From: Octopus sinensis
Taxonomy: Eukaryota
NCBI RefSeq assembly: GCF_006345805.1
Contig: NC_043008.1
Location: 55,056,001-55,120,000 of the forward strand
DNA: 64,000 bases
Direction of reading: 5' to 3'
Translations under genes and position numbers: made by a program
Notes under the pieces: model-generated
Databases searched by the model: none
Told to the model about the DNA's origin: nothing
Seen by the model: the letters and a program-made list of their open reading frames with translations, nothing else
Shown here: positions 1 through 12,600 of the stretch, in pieces
Position numbering within the stretch: the first letter of the stretch is position 1
Layout of the letters: each line of letters begins with the position of its first letter

Positions 1-149
1 ACAATATTACATAAGCTGATCAATTGTTTACTGCAGTGCATAAGGCGAAATTACTGAAATTGCGCTATCGTTTCTTTCTTTTCTGGAAACTCGCCGCATA
101 CCAGCAGCTGATGGCTCACGGACCAGCACTGGTCTGTAGACCACCACTT

Positions 150-1570
150 TGAGTAGCACTGTTCTAGAGTACAGTAATGCACCCGGTATCTTAGTCCTTA
201 GTTATATCCTTTGTAAGGCTCAGTGTCTTGAGATCAGCCTTCAATATTTCATTCCTATCTTCCTGGGTCTCCATCTTCCACAAGTTCCATCCACTTTAAG
301 TGATTCATACTTCTGTATGCAACTGTCTACATCCATATGCATCACATGACCAAACGAGCGCAGTCTTCTCTCTTGCACACTGCATCGACTGTATTTTAAG
401 GTGTATAAGGAACCCGCTTTTGTCAGAAATTAGGTTAAAAAAAAATAAGGTAGTTTCTTATACATGGATAGTATTATAATCCTTTACAAAACCTTCTTTT
501 TTTTTCAGATTTTAAGCCCCCAAAATTAGGGGGTTCCTTATGCACAAGGGTTCTTTATACATGTTAAAATTTCGTCTGGTGCTCTGTCACACATGTATAC
601 TGACATTGCACATCCAGCAGAGCATACTCACTTCATTCCTCTCTAGTTTTCATATGTCTTCTGCATTCAGGGTCCATGTCTCACTACCATGTCTACATGT
701 AGCATTGCTGTTTTTATACATACATCATACAATCTTCCTTTCACTCAGAGAGAGAGAAAGAGAACTTTGGTTGCCAACTGAGGTAAAAGCTTTTTGGACT
801 TTTTCCATCCTATTTTTATTCTAGCAATTACACTTTCTGTGCATCCTCCCTCACAGCTATTTAGGTTCCCTAGGTAGGGAAAATTATCCACTACCTCTAA
901 AGAGTCTTCGAGTATCTGTAGTTTTTATAACTCTTGTGTGTCTTTCACTTACAAACATTACCTTCTCTGATAACCTTCATATTATTACACAGCACCTGTT
1001 ATGTGTCCATATCTGACACTGGGTGTGTCATCTGGAATTCCTGCCTACGCTTTTTCTACATATTGAGCAGGGCCATTTACCTGATGATGCAAGGGTCCTG
1101 TCCGTTTTCTTGTCTACTAGAACCTTAGGCTTTGCTAAGTTAATTTTTAGGCACTTTGATTCCAGGCACTTTTTTTAGGCACTTTGATTTTAGGCACTTT
1201 GATTCCACACCTGGTATTTCTTTTCCAGTTTTGTAAAGGAAACTGCTTTAAGAGTAACATCATCAGCATATAACAGTTCCCAGGAGCAGCCAGTCTTGAA
1301 TTCAAGCTATGGCCTGAAGGACAAAGATGAATAGGAGGAGATTGAGAACCAAACCCTCATGAATGCCTACCTCTACACTAAATTCACCACTATACTCAAA
1401 GTTAACTTTCACCTCATTGACATCACCTCTATACATGGCTTCCTCAGAGCCTACCATATCATACAGGGGGGTTCTTTATCAAAAGCTTTCTCTAAGTCAA
1501 CAAATGCCAAGTACAATAGTTTATTCTTTGTCAAATACTTCTTCTACAGTTATCTGACTATAATAAATAC
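150..1570 (-). mobile_element. Decayed RTE-clade LINE, reverse transcriptase region, interrupted by insertions
   Basis: Manual minus-strand translation gives RT motifs in the correct order: AFVDLEKAFD (~1480-1510), EFSVEVGIHEGLVLNLLLFIFVLQAI (~1310-1390), FKTGCSWELLYADDV (~1255-1300), SLEVVDNFPYLG (~870-905), RRLRSFGHVM (~340-370). Stops and frameshifts are present. Confidence 0.8.
388..575. mobile_element. Degenerate MITE-like insertion in the RTE relic
   Basis: Imperfect terminal inverted repeats: actgtattttaaggtgtataaggaaccc versus gggttctttatacatgttaaaatttcgt. Confidence 0.35.
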
Positions 1571-1576
1571 CATATA

Positions 1577-1581
<5 letters not shown>

Positions 1582-1644
<63 letters not shown>
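1582..1644. repeat. (TA)n microsatellite
   Basis: Direct inspection. Confidence 0.95.
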
Positions 1645-1646
<2 letters not shown>

Positions 1647-1779
1647 TAGTAGAATGAATTGTCTTGTTATGGATAATTCGGTTAACCGATACCTGGGTAG
1701 CAAATTCACATCAGAGAAGACACGTTTGAAGTTACGTGCTTTCGTGTGGAAATTTGTATGTTTTTTTTAAAATATAAAT

Positions 1780-1984
1780 ATATGAAAGAATGAAGTTGAA
1801 CGACCAATTAACAAAATTCCTTTATTTTCGACATATGTTTCGAAGGCTGCATATTCCTAATTGCAAAGGAATAAGGAGTATATAATGCCGCTTTCTCATC
1901 AGGAAAAGCAAGGAACTTTTGTCAACATTAAGATGCACAAAAAACTTTTGTTAATTCGTCGTTCAACTCCATTCTTTCATATAT
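1780..1984. repeat. Inverted-repeat element with ~40-bp arms next to (TA)n
   Basis: tatatgaaagaatgaagttgaacgaccaattaacaaaa pairs with ttttgttaattcgtcgttcaactccattctttcatata. Confidence 0.7.
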
Positions 1985-2001
1985 TTATATATATATATAT
2001 T

Positions 2002-2034
<33 letters not shown>

Positions 2035-2050
2035 GTATGTATATATATAT

Positions 2051-2172
2051 AACACCTTTTATCAATTCAATAATGAAAAATTTAATTATATCATCTAGAA
2101 AATTACATATTATAGAAAGATTAAATATTATAGAACAATTAATTTTTCATTATTGAATTGATAAAAGGCGTT
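2051..2172. repeat. Inverted-repeat element with ~32-bp arms next to (TA)n
   Basis: aacaccttttatcaattcaataatgaaaaatt pairs with aatttttcattattgaattgataaaaggcgtt. Confidence 0.7.
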
Positions 2173-3482
2173 TTTTTTTTCTAATTTATATATGCATATT
2201 ATATTTTGTGAAATTTGATTTAGTATTTCTAAATTGAATTTTTCCCTGTAAGTTTGGAATAATATTCCCTAATATTCCCTCATATTATTATTATCATTAT
2301 GATATATATATATATATATATATATTTGTGAGTTTAGAGGGATATATTATCCATGTGGATACCATGGTGGCTCTCAGTTGTGTTCCAGGTTATGGCTAAC
2401 TGCATCAATTAGTATTTAACTTCTATGACTAACAGAAGTTGTCACTCACTCTTTAATTTCTTCCCATAGGAAATTCACTGGATGGTAATATTATCTTGAG
2501 TGTATATTAGCAATAAATCCAACACAGAGAATATGGAGACTGGTATGTCCTCAAAATTTATTTCCTTTTATTTTACAATGTCATACAGCATATTTTTATG
2601 GTTACGATGACCTATATGTGTTTCCACAGAATATGTGCAGCTGGAAACATATGTAGGTTGTTATAACCATAAAAAAATGCTGTATAACATTGTAAAATAA
2701 AAGCAAATAAATTTTGAGGATGTACCGGTTTCCATATTCTCTATCTTTGGAATTATTGTTTATACACACACACACACACCACACACACACACACACATAT
2801 ATATATTAAAGTCTTTGGGAAAATTATTTGATACAGTTTTACTAAGAATAAAAAAGATTTTTTTTTTTATTATTTTTAAAAAAAAGTTGTAAATTCTTTA
2901 TCAGAACTTCACTAACCTTTTCTGAAGAAGTTTCTTTCTAGTTTGTGTGTAAGCGCTTTCAATTATCTTTTTCAAACACATGTGTTCTTGGATATTATTT
3001 TACTCTTTTACTTGTTTCAGTCATTTTGACTGTGGACATGCTGGAGCGCCACCTTAAAGGATTTTAGTTGGAGAATTCAACCCCAGGGGACGTAAATGAG
3101 AGGAAAAAGAACATAGGCTTGAACCTGGTACTCCTCTATTTCATCTCTTACATATGTTTTGGCATTGGGTAACACATGATGTCTTACAATTGATATAATC
3201 TATAGATGCAGCTCATAAGGGCACCATATCTTGTATCCGGAGATGTGTTTGCTAATGCATGCTGCCCTTATGCTGTGTGTGTACAGATTGCATCTATACT
3301 GAGATATCTTGTGTTACTGAATACTGAAACATATGTAACAGATGTGAAAAAGCATTTCAAATTTAAGCCCATGTTCTTCTTTCTCTCTCTCTCTCTCTCT
3401 CTCAAAAAAAAAATGTATATGTATGCATAAATGAGGAAACTTGTAGTCATTAAAATTAAAAACTTTTCCATTATATGAATAA

Positions 3483-3488
3483 TTTATT
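3483..3488 (-). promoter_or_regulatory. Candidate polyadenylation signal (AATAAA) for HAP2-like copy 1
   Basis: tttatt on the plus strand, ~185 nt downstream of the stop codon. The motif is common in AT-rich DNA. Confidence 0.35.
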
Positions 3489-3672
3489 AATGTTTGATTT
3501 GTTTTGATTATTTTACTAAAGTCGATTTTGCCTTTAGAGACAGGATAGTCTTGATAAAATTTTCATTCTAAAATTTGACATTCTTTTGATCTTAAATCGG
3601 GCTCTGGGTAAAAACTCTCAGAAAAAAAGATCATAGGTACAAGGATAATTACAATTCATATACGATTATATT

Positions 3673-6600
3673 TTAATCTGGATTATTCAGACATGGGTAC
3701 TTGGGCTTCTTTGTAATGAATGAAAGAACTCCAGAGCAATCGAGATATCTGTTAAACACGTAAGAGTTTGAAATTAATATTTTCCTTCCTTGCAATGGAC
3801 GTGCTATTCCATCAATGTTTTCATAGGTCTGTTCAAGGAATTGCATTAAGCGGAAAACATAACGATTCCCATCTTTTCGAAGGGCTCCATAAAGACTGAA
3901 TTTATCTCCAGAGTTTATGAGGTTACGAGAGGATTCTGGAAAATTATAATAGACTTTCTCAGATTTGACCAGTTTGTTAACATATTCTTTGTCTGTTGTT
4001 GAAGACTGCATTCCTTGAGCTGATTCACTACATACTTTTATAGTATCTTTGCAAAACCTAGATGTAGATGCAACTGCTTTATTATTGCTAGAATTGTTGT
4101 CAAGACCGGATTCAGTTTTTTCTTCACAAACATACTCTCCTTCACAAATATTTTCCCTTCCTTGGGACTTTTGTGTCCTGTCTTTCTTCTGGGCCTGTTT
4201 CATTGGGAAGCCATCTGCAGCATATGAACTAGTATTTTCTGACTTATCCATTAGGTCATCAGATCTGTCTTGGTCTGCATTTTGACTTGAATCAATTTGA
4301 TTTTTCTTTCTGTTACCAAGAAAATTCTTGCTATTTAAGTTAGTACTTTTTTTCTTTTGGGAGGTACCAGGTTTGTCAAATTTCTTTGCAGTTTTCCCAA
4401 CATATTTTTTAACACTTATATTATTATTTTGACTTTTGTCAAGAGTACTTCTTAAAGCATTTGAGTTGGTGCTAATTTTATCTGAAGAGGAACTCCTTGA
4501 TGTTTGCGAAGAATGACTACTGCTTGATTTTGAAAGAGCACGTGCAGAATCAGACTCATTCCTAATTACCGTAGTCGCTTGAGATCTAGACGATTCATTC
4601 GATGTCTCAGTTAAAGCAACATCACTTTCATACCTGGATTGTTGAGATGAGACTACATACGAATCTCTGGGTTGAATTCCAGCTGGAAAATCCGCCAATG
4701 ATGATTGAGTGCGAGAACTTCTACTAAGCTCATCAAGGACTTCACCAACAGAAGTGTTAGTGTCCTGCCTAATAGATCTGCCACTTGATATTTCTGATAA
4801 TGGTCTATGTGAGGTGGATCTTGATGTCGCTGAACTGGGAATATTTTCTCGACTGGATATCTGACTTTGTTGCTCTCTCATTGAACTGGGGCTACCCTCT
4901 CTCCCAGATATCTCACTCTGCTGACCCGTCATTGTACCAGGAGTACTTTCTCTTCCAGATATCTGACTTCGTTCGTCTCTCATTGAACTGGGGGTACCCT
5001 CTCTTCCAGATATCTGGCTTCGCTGCTCCATCATTGAACCAGGAATACTCTCCCTTCCAGATAAATGACTTCGTTGGTCTGTCGTTGAGCTGGGTGTACT
5101 CACTCTTCCAGATATCTGACTTCGTTGGTCTCTCATTGAACTGGGAGTACTCTCTCTTCCAGATATCTGACTTCGTTGGTCTGTCATTGAACTGGAGGTA
5201 CCCTCTCGCTCGAATATCTGACTCCGCTGGTCTGTTACTGAACCAGGAATACTCTCTCTTCCAGATATCTGACTTCGTTGGTCTCTTATTGAAGTGGGAG
5301 TACTCACTTTTCCAGATATCTGACTCCGCTGGTCCATCATAGAACCAGGTATACTCTCTCTTCCAGATATCTGACTTCGTTGAAATGGTGTTGAACCTAC
5401 GATGCTTTCATTTCTAGATAATTGTCTCCATTCATTTGATACAGGAGTGTAAACTATCTCACTTCCAGATTTCTGGCTCATTTGGTCAGCTACTGAACTT
5501 GGAACACTCTCACCTTGGAATACTTGACTGCGGTGACCTGGAACTGAACTAAAACTACTCTCTCTTTCAGACACCTGTCTCCGTTGGTCTGTTACTGGAG
5601 TAAAAATACGCTCTTTCTCAGATATTTGACTTCCTTGATCTGGTAATGAACTGACAAAACTTTCCTTTCCAGTAATCTGGCTCCGCTGGTCAGACGTTGA
5701 ACTGTGAATACTCGCTCTATCAGATATATGACTCCCTAGCTCAACTATTAAACTGGGAGTACTCTCTCTTGCAGATATATATGTCAGATGAGGTGCTATA
5801 GTTTGGCGAATATTCTCACTTTCAGATATCTGACTCCGCTGGTTTGGTTCTGATCTTTGAATACTCTCTCTTCTGAGAAATACCTGACTCCACTGTTCTG
5901 GTACCGAACCAAGAATACTCTCTCTATGAAAGACCTGATTCTCCTGGTCTTGCATAGAACTAAATGTATTCCATCTATCTGATATCTGACTGCGCTGGTT
6001 GGGAATTGAAGTACGAGCACTTTCTCCTCTAGATATCTGAAGCTGTTCATCGGGAGTAGATTGAAGCATACACTCAGATACGGATGCCTCACTCGGTTGA
6101 TCTACTATTGAACTAAGACTACTCTCACTTCTAGATGTTTGTGTCCGTTGTTCTGGTGTTGAACTAAAAATACTATCTCTTTCTGATACGTGACTGTGCT
6201 GCTCTGAACTGGGAATACTCTCTCTTCCAGATATCTGACTTCGTTGGTCTCTCATTGAACTAGGAATACTCTCTCTTCCAGATATCTGACTTCGTTGGTC
6301 TCTCATTGAACTAGGAATACTCTCTCTTCCAGATATCTGACTTCGTTCGTCTCTCATTGAACTACGAGTACTCTCTCTTCCAGATATCTGACTTCGTTCG
6401 TCTCTCATTGAACTGGGAATACTCTCTCTTCCAGATATCTGACTTCGTTCGTCTCTCATTGAACTGGGAATACTCTCTCTTCCAGATATCTGACTTCGTT
6501 CGTCTCTCATTGAACTGGGAATACTCTCTCTTCCAGATATCTGACTTCGTTCGTCTCTCATTGAACTGGGAATACTCTCTCTTCCAGATATCTGACTTCG

Positions 6601-9600
6601 TTCGTCTCTCATTGAACTACGAGTACTCTCTCTTCCAGATATCTGACTTCGTTCGTCTCTCATTGAACTGGGAATACTCTCTCTTCCAGATATATGACTT
6701 CGTTCGTCTCTCATTGAACTACGAGTGCTCTCTCTTCCAGATATCTGACTTCGTTCGTCTCTCATTGAACTGGGAATACTCTCTCTTCCAGATATCTGAC
6801 TTCGTTCGTCTCTCATTGAACTACGAGTACTCTCTCTTCCAGATATCTGACTTCGTTCGTCTCTCATTGAACTGGGAATACTCTCTCTTCCAGATATCTG
6901 ACTTCGTTCGTCTCTCATTGAACTAGGAGTACTCTCTCTTCCAGATATCTGACTTCGTTCGTCTCTCATTGAACTACGAGTACTCTCTCTTCCAGATATC
7001 TGACTTCGTTCGTCTCTCATTGAACTGGGAATACTCTCTCTTCCAGATATCTGACTTCGTTCGTCTCTCATTGAACTGGGAGTACTCTCTCTTCCAGATA
7101 TCTGACTTCGTTCGTCTCTCATTGAACTACGAGTACTCTCTCTTCCAGATATCTGACTTCGTTCGTCTCTCATTGAACTACGAGTACTCTCTCTTCCAGA
7201 TATCTGACTTCGTTCGTCTCTCATTGAACTGGGAGTACTCTCTCTTCCAGATATCTGACTTCGTCGGTCTGTCATTGAACTGGGAATACTCTCTCTTCCA
7301 GATATCTGACTTCGTTCGTCTCTCATTGAACTGGGAATACTCTCTCTTCCAGATATCTGACTTCGTTCGTCTCTCATTGAACTGGGAATACTCTCTCTTT
7401 CAGATATCCGACTTCGTTCGTCTCTCATTGAACTGGGAATACTCTCTCTTCCAGATATCTGACTTCGTTCGTCTCTCATTGAACTGGGAATACTCTCTCT
7501 TCCAGATATCTGACTTCGTTCGTCTCTCATGGAACTGGGAATACTCTCCCTTCCAGATATCTGACTTCGTCGGTCTCTCATCGTACTGGGAATACTTTCT
7601 CTTCCAGATATCTGACTTCGTCGGTCTGTCATAGAACTGGGAGTACTCTCTCTTCCAGATGTCAGACTTCGCTGGTCTGTCATTGAACTGAGGGTACTCT
7701 CCTTTCCAGATATCTGACTACGTCTGTCTATCATTGAACCAGGAATACCTTCTCTTCCTGATATTATGCTCGGTTCTGTTGTTAAACTACGAATAATCTC
7801 TCTTCTAGACGTATAACTCCGTTCGTCTGGACCAGACTGAACACTAATATCGCTTTTAGATAACTGACGTTCTTCAGAGAAAGGTCTCTCAGTACTCACT
7901 GTTTCATAAAGTCGGCTGCGTTGGTCTGGTATGGAACGAACAATACTTTCTCTCTCTGTTATTCGACTTCCCTGTTCAGGTATAAAAGTTTTAAATGATG
8001 CACTTTCATCATCCCGACTCCTTTGACTTAATACATTACTATGCATTCTTTCTCTTTCAAATATTTCGCTCCTTTGGAGAGACAGTGGACTTTGAATACT
8101 TTCTCTTCCACTTATCTGCTCGTCTGGTACAGAAATACGTAAGCTCTCAGTTCGCGATGGTTTACTCCATTGTTCTGGTACTGTACTAACTCTACTATGT
8201 TTTCCAGATATTTGACTCAATTCCTCTGAGAGCGAACTTCGAATAGATGGTGGTTCAGATATATGGCTTTCTTGATCTTGTACAGAACTCAGATTGCTGT
8301 CGCTTCTCGATAACGTACTGTGCCTTAGAGACACACGGCTATCTTGTCCAGTAATTTGACTGTGTTGATCTCCCATTTCCCTAGAGATACTCTGTATTCT
8401 TGTTATTGAACTAGGCTGTTCTTCTTTTGAACTATGTATTCTCTCCCTTCCAGATGATATACTTCGTTGGTCAGCCATTGAACTGAGAATACTCTCTCGT
8501 CCAGATATCTGACTACGTTGGTCTCTCATTAAACTAGGAATACTCTCTCTTTCAGATACATGACTCACTTCGACTGGCGGAGAACTAAGAATGTTCTCCT
8601 TACCAGATAATTGACTTAGCTGATGGGCTATTGAAGTCGGAATGCTCTCCTTTTCTGATATGCGACTCCGCTTATCTAACGGAGATATGAGACTTCTCAT
8701 ACTTCGGGATATTTGACTACGAATATCGGCTATTGAACTGCGAATAGTGCGTTTGCTAGGTGTTGCGCTTCGTTGGTCTGCCGTAGAGACTTCCATTCTC
8801 TCTCTTTCTGATATTTGACTCCACTTTTCCGGTGTCAAACTGTGGATTTTCTCTCTCTCTGATATCGGACTCTGAATGTCAGATACAGGAGATTGAGTAA
8901 CCTCTTTTTCTGATAAACGGCTTCGATGAGCAGCTATTATACTGGGAATACTCTCTTTATCAGTTACATCACTCCGCCGGTCTGCTTCCGAAGTGGAAAT
9001 ACTCATTGAACCGGATATCTGACTCCGATCATCTGATGTTAATCCGATAGTACTCTCCCTTTCCGATAACCGACTTCGTTGTTCTGTGAATGTACTGGGG
9101 ACAGACTCTCTTTCAGTTACATCACTCCGACGGCTGGATGTTGAACTTCGAACACTCCTTGTTCTGGACATTTCACTTCGCCCATCTGATATCGAACTGA
9201 CAGTGCTCTCTCTTTCTGATAATCTACTTCTATGATCTGGCATCCATACTTCACTCCGTCGGTCTGTCATTGAACTCGGAGTACTCATGGTTCCCGATGT
9301 ATAACTTCGATCATCTGATATCGATCTGATAGTACTATCTCTTTCGGATAATCGACTTCGTTGATCTGCTATAGTACTGGGAATACTCTCTCTTTCAGAT
9401 ACTTCACTCCGACGGTCCGTTATTGAACTGGGAATACTCATTGTTCCAGATATCTGACTTCGCTGATCTGCTATCGATCTGACAGTACTCTCTCTTTCGG
9501 ATAATCGACTTCGTTGATCCGTCATTGTACTGGGGATACTTTCTCTTTCAGATACCTCACTCCTGCGGTCTGTTATTGAGCTGGGAATACTCATCGTCTC

Positions 9601-12600
9601 CGCTATCTGACTTCGCCCCTCTGATATCGATCTGACAGTACTCCCTCTTTCGGATAATCGACTTCGTGGATACGTCATTGTACTAGGAATACTTTCTCTT
9701 TCAGATATTTCGGTGCGACGGTCCGTTATTGAACTGGGAATACTCATTGTTCCAGATATCTGACTCCGACCATCTGATATCGATCTGATAGTACTCTCTC
9801 TTTCGGATAATCGACTTCGTTGATCCGTCATTGTACTGGGGATTCTCTCTCTTTCAGATACTTCACTTCTGCGGTCCGTTATTGAACTGGGAATACTCAG
9901 TGTTCCAGATAACTGACTTTGCGCATCAGATATCGATCTGACAATACTCTCTCTTTCGGATAATCGACTTCGTTGATCCATCATTGTACTGGGAATACTT
10001 TTTCTTTCAGATACTTCACTCAGACGATCCTTTATTGAACTGGGAATACTCATTGTTCCCGATATCTGACTTCGCTGATCTGATATCGATCTGATAGTGC
10101 TCTCTCTTTCGGATAACCGACTTCGTTGATCCGTCATTGTACTGGGAATACTTTCTCTTTCAGATATTTCGGTGCGACGGTCCGTTATTGAACTGGGAAT
10201 GCTCATTGTTCCCGATATCTGACTTCGTCCATCTGATATCGATCTGATAGTACTCTCTCTTTCGGATAATCGACTTCGTTGATCTGCTATAGTACTGGGA
10301 ATACTTTCTCTTTCAGATATTTCGGTGCGACGGTCTGTTATTGAGCTGGGAATACTCATCGTTCCCGATATCTGACTTCGCTGATCTGATATCGATCTGA
10401 TAGTACTCTCTCTTTCGGATAATCGACTTCGTTGATCCTTCATTGTACTTGGAATACTTTCTCTTTCAGATACTTCACTCCTGCGGTCCGTTATTGAACT
10501 GGGAATACTCAGTGTTCCAGATATCTGACTCCGACCATCTGATATCGATCTGATAGTACTCTCTCTTTCGGATAATCGACTTCGTTGATCCGTCATTGTA
10601 CTGGGAATACTTTCTCTTTCAGATATTTCGGTGCGACGGTCCGTTATTGAACTGGGAATACTCATTGTTCCCGATATCTGACTTCGCTGATCTGTTATCG
10701 ATCTGATAGTACTCTCTCTTTCGGATAATCGACTTCGTTGATCCGTCATTGAACTGGGAATACTTTCTCTTTCAGATATTTCGGTGCGACGGTCCGTTAT
10801 TGAACTGGGAATACTCAAGGTTCCAGATATCTGACTTCGACCATCTGATATCGATCTGATAGTACTCTCTCTTTCGGATAATCGACTTCGTTGATCCGTC
10901 ATTGAACTGGGAATACTTTCTCTTTCTGATATTTCGGTCCGCCGGTCTGTTATTGAACTGGGAATACTCATTGTTCCCGATATCTGACTTCGACCATCTG
11001 ATATCGATCTGATAGTACTCTCTCTTTCGGATAATCGACTTCGTTGATCCGTCATTGTACTAGGAATACTTTCTCTTACAGACATTTCGGTCCGACGGTC
11101 CGTCATTGAACTAGGAATACTCATTGTTCCCGATATCTGACTTCGCTGATCTGATATCGATCTGATAGTACTCTCTCTTTCGGATAATCGACTTCGTTGA
11201 TCCGTCATTGTACTAGGAATACTTTCTCTTACAGACATTTCGGTCCGACGGTCCGTTATTGAGCTGGGAATACTCATTGTTCCCGATATCTGACTTCGAC
11301 CATCTGATATCGATCTGATAGTACTCTCTCTTTCGGATAATCGACTTCGTTGATCCGTCATTGAACTGGGAATACTTTCTCTTTCTGATATTTCGGTCCG
11401 CCGGTCTGTTATTGAACTGGGAATACTCATTGTTCCCGATATCTGACTTCGACCATCTGATATCGATCTGATAGTACTCTCTCTTTCGGATAATCGACTT
11501 CGTTGATCCGTCATTGTACTAGGAATACTTTCTCTTTCTGATATTTCGGTCCGCCGGTCTGTTATTGAACTGGGAATACTCATTGTTCCCGATATCTGAC
11601 TTCGACCATCTGATATCGATCTGATAGTACTCTCTCTTTCGGATAATCGACTTCGTTGATCCGTCATTGTACTAGGAATACTTTCTCTTTCTGATATTTC
11701 GGTCCGCCGGTCTGTTATTGAACTGGGAATACTCATTGTTCCCGATATCTGACTTCGACCATCTGATATCGATCTGATAGTACTCTCTCTTTCGGATAAT
11801 CGACTTCGTTGATCCGTCATTGAACTGGGAATACTTTCTCTTTCTGATATTTCGGTCCGCCGGTCTGTTATTGAACTGGGAATACTCATTGTTCCCAATA
11901 TCTGACTTCGACCATCTGATATCGATCTGATAGTACTCTCTCTTTCGGATAATCGACTTCGTTGATCCGTCATTGAACTGGGAATACTTTCTCTTTCTGA
12001 TATTTCGGTCCGCCGGTCTGTTATTGAACTGGGAATACTCATTGTTCCCGATATCTGACTTCGCTGATCTGATATCGATCTGACAGTACTCTCTCTTTCG
12101 GATAATCGACTTCGTTGATCTGTCATTGAACTGGGAATACTTTCTCTTTCAGACATTTCGGTCCGACGGTCAGTCATTGAACTGGGAATACTCATTGTTC
12201 CCGATATCTGACTTCGTGGTCCTGAAATGGATGTGATAGTGCTTTCGCTTCCTGTTAATTGACTTCGTTGCTCTGTCATTGTACTAGGAGTACTCTTTCT
12301 TTCAGATACTGCACTTCGCCGGTCTATTATTGAACTGGGAATACTCATTGTTCCCGATATCTGACTGCGTGGACCTGAAATTGATGTGATAGTACTTTCG
12401 GTTCCTGATAATCGACTTGTTGGCTCTGTCATTGTTCTGGTCATACTCTCTCTTTCAGATACCGCACTCCGACGGTCTATTATTGAACTAGGAATACTTA
12501 ATGTTCCCGATATCTGACTTCGTGGACCTGATATGGATCTGATTGTACCTTCCCCTTCTGATAATCGACTTCGTTGGTCTTCTATTTTACTGGGAATACT

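Noticed and set aside
2470-2542. Apparent plus-strand exon with good splice sites (ttcccatag ... gtatgt)
   Set aside because: All three frames contain stops and there is no partner exon; at most a non-coding exon.
3207-3280. Hairpin cataagggca/tgcccttatg as a possible snoRNA or miRNA
   Set aside because: Only a 10-bp stem, with no convincing H/ACA or C/D boxes.
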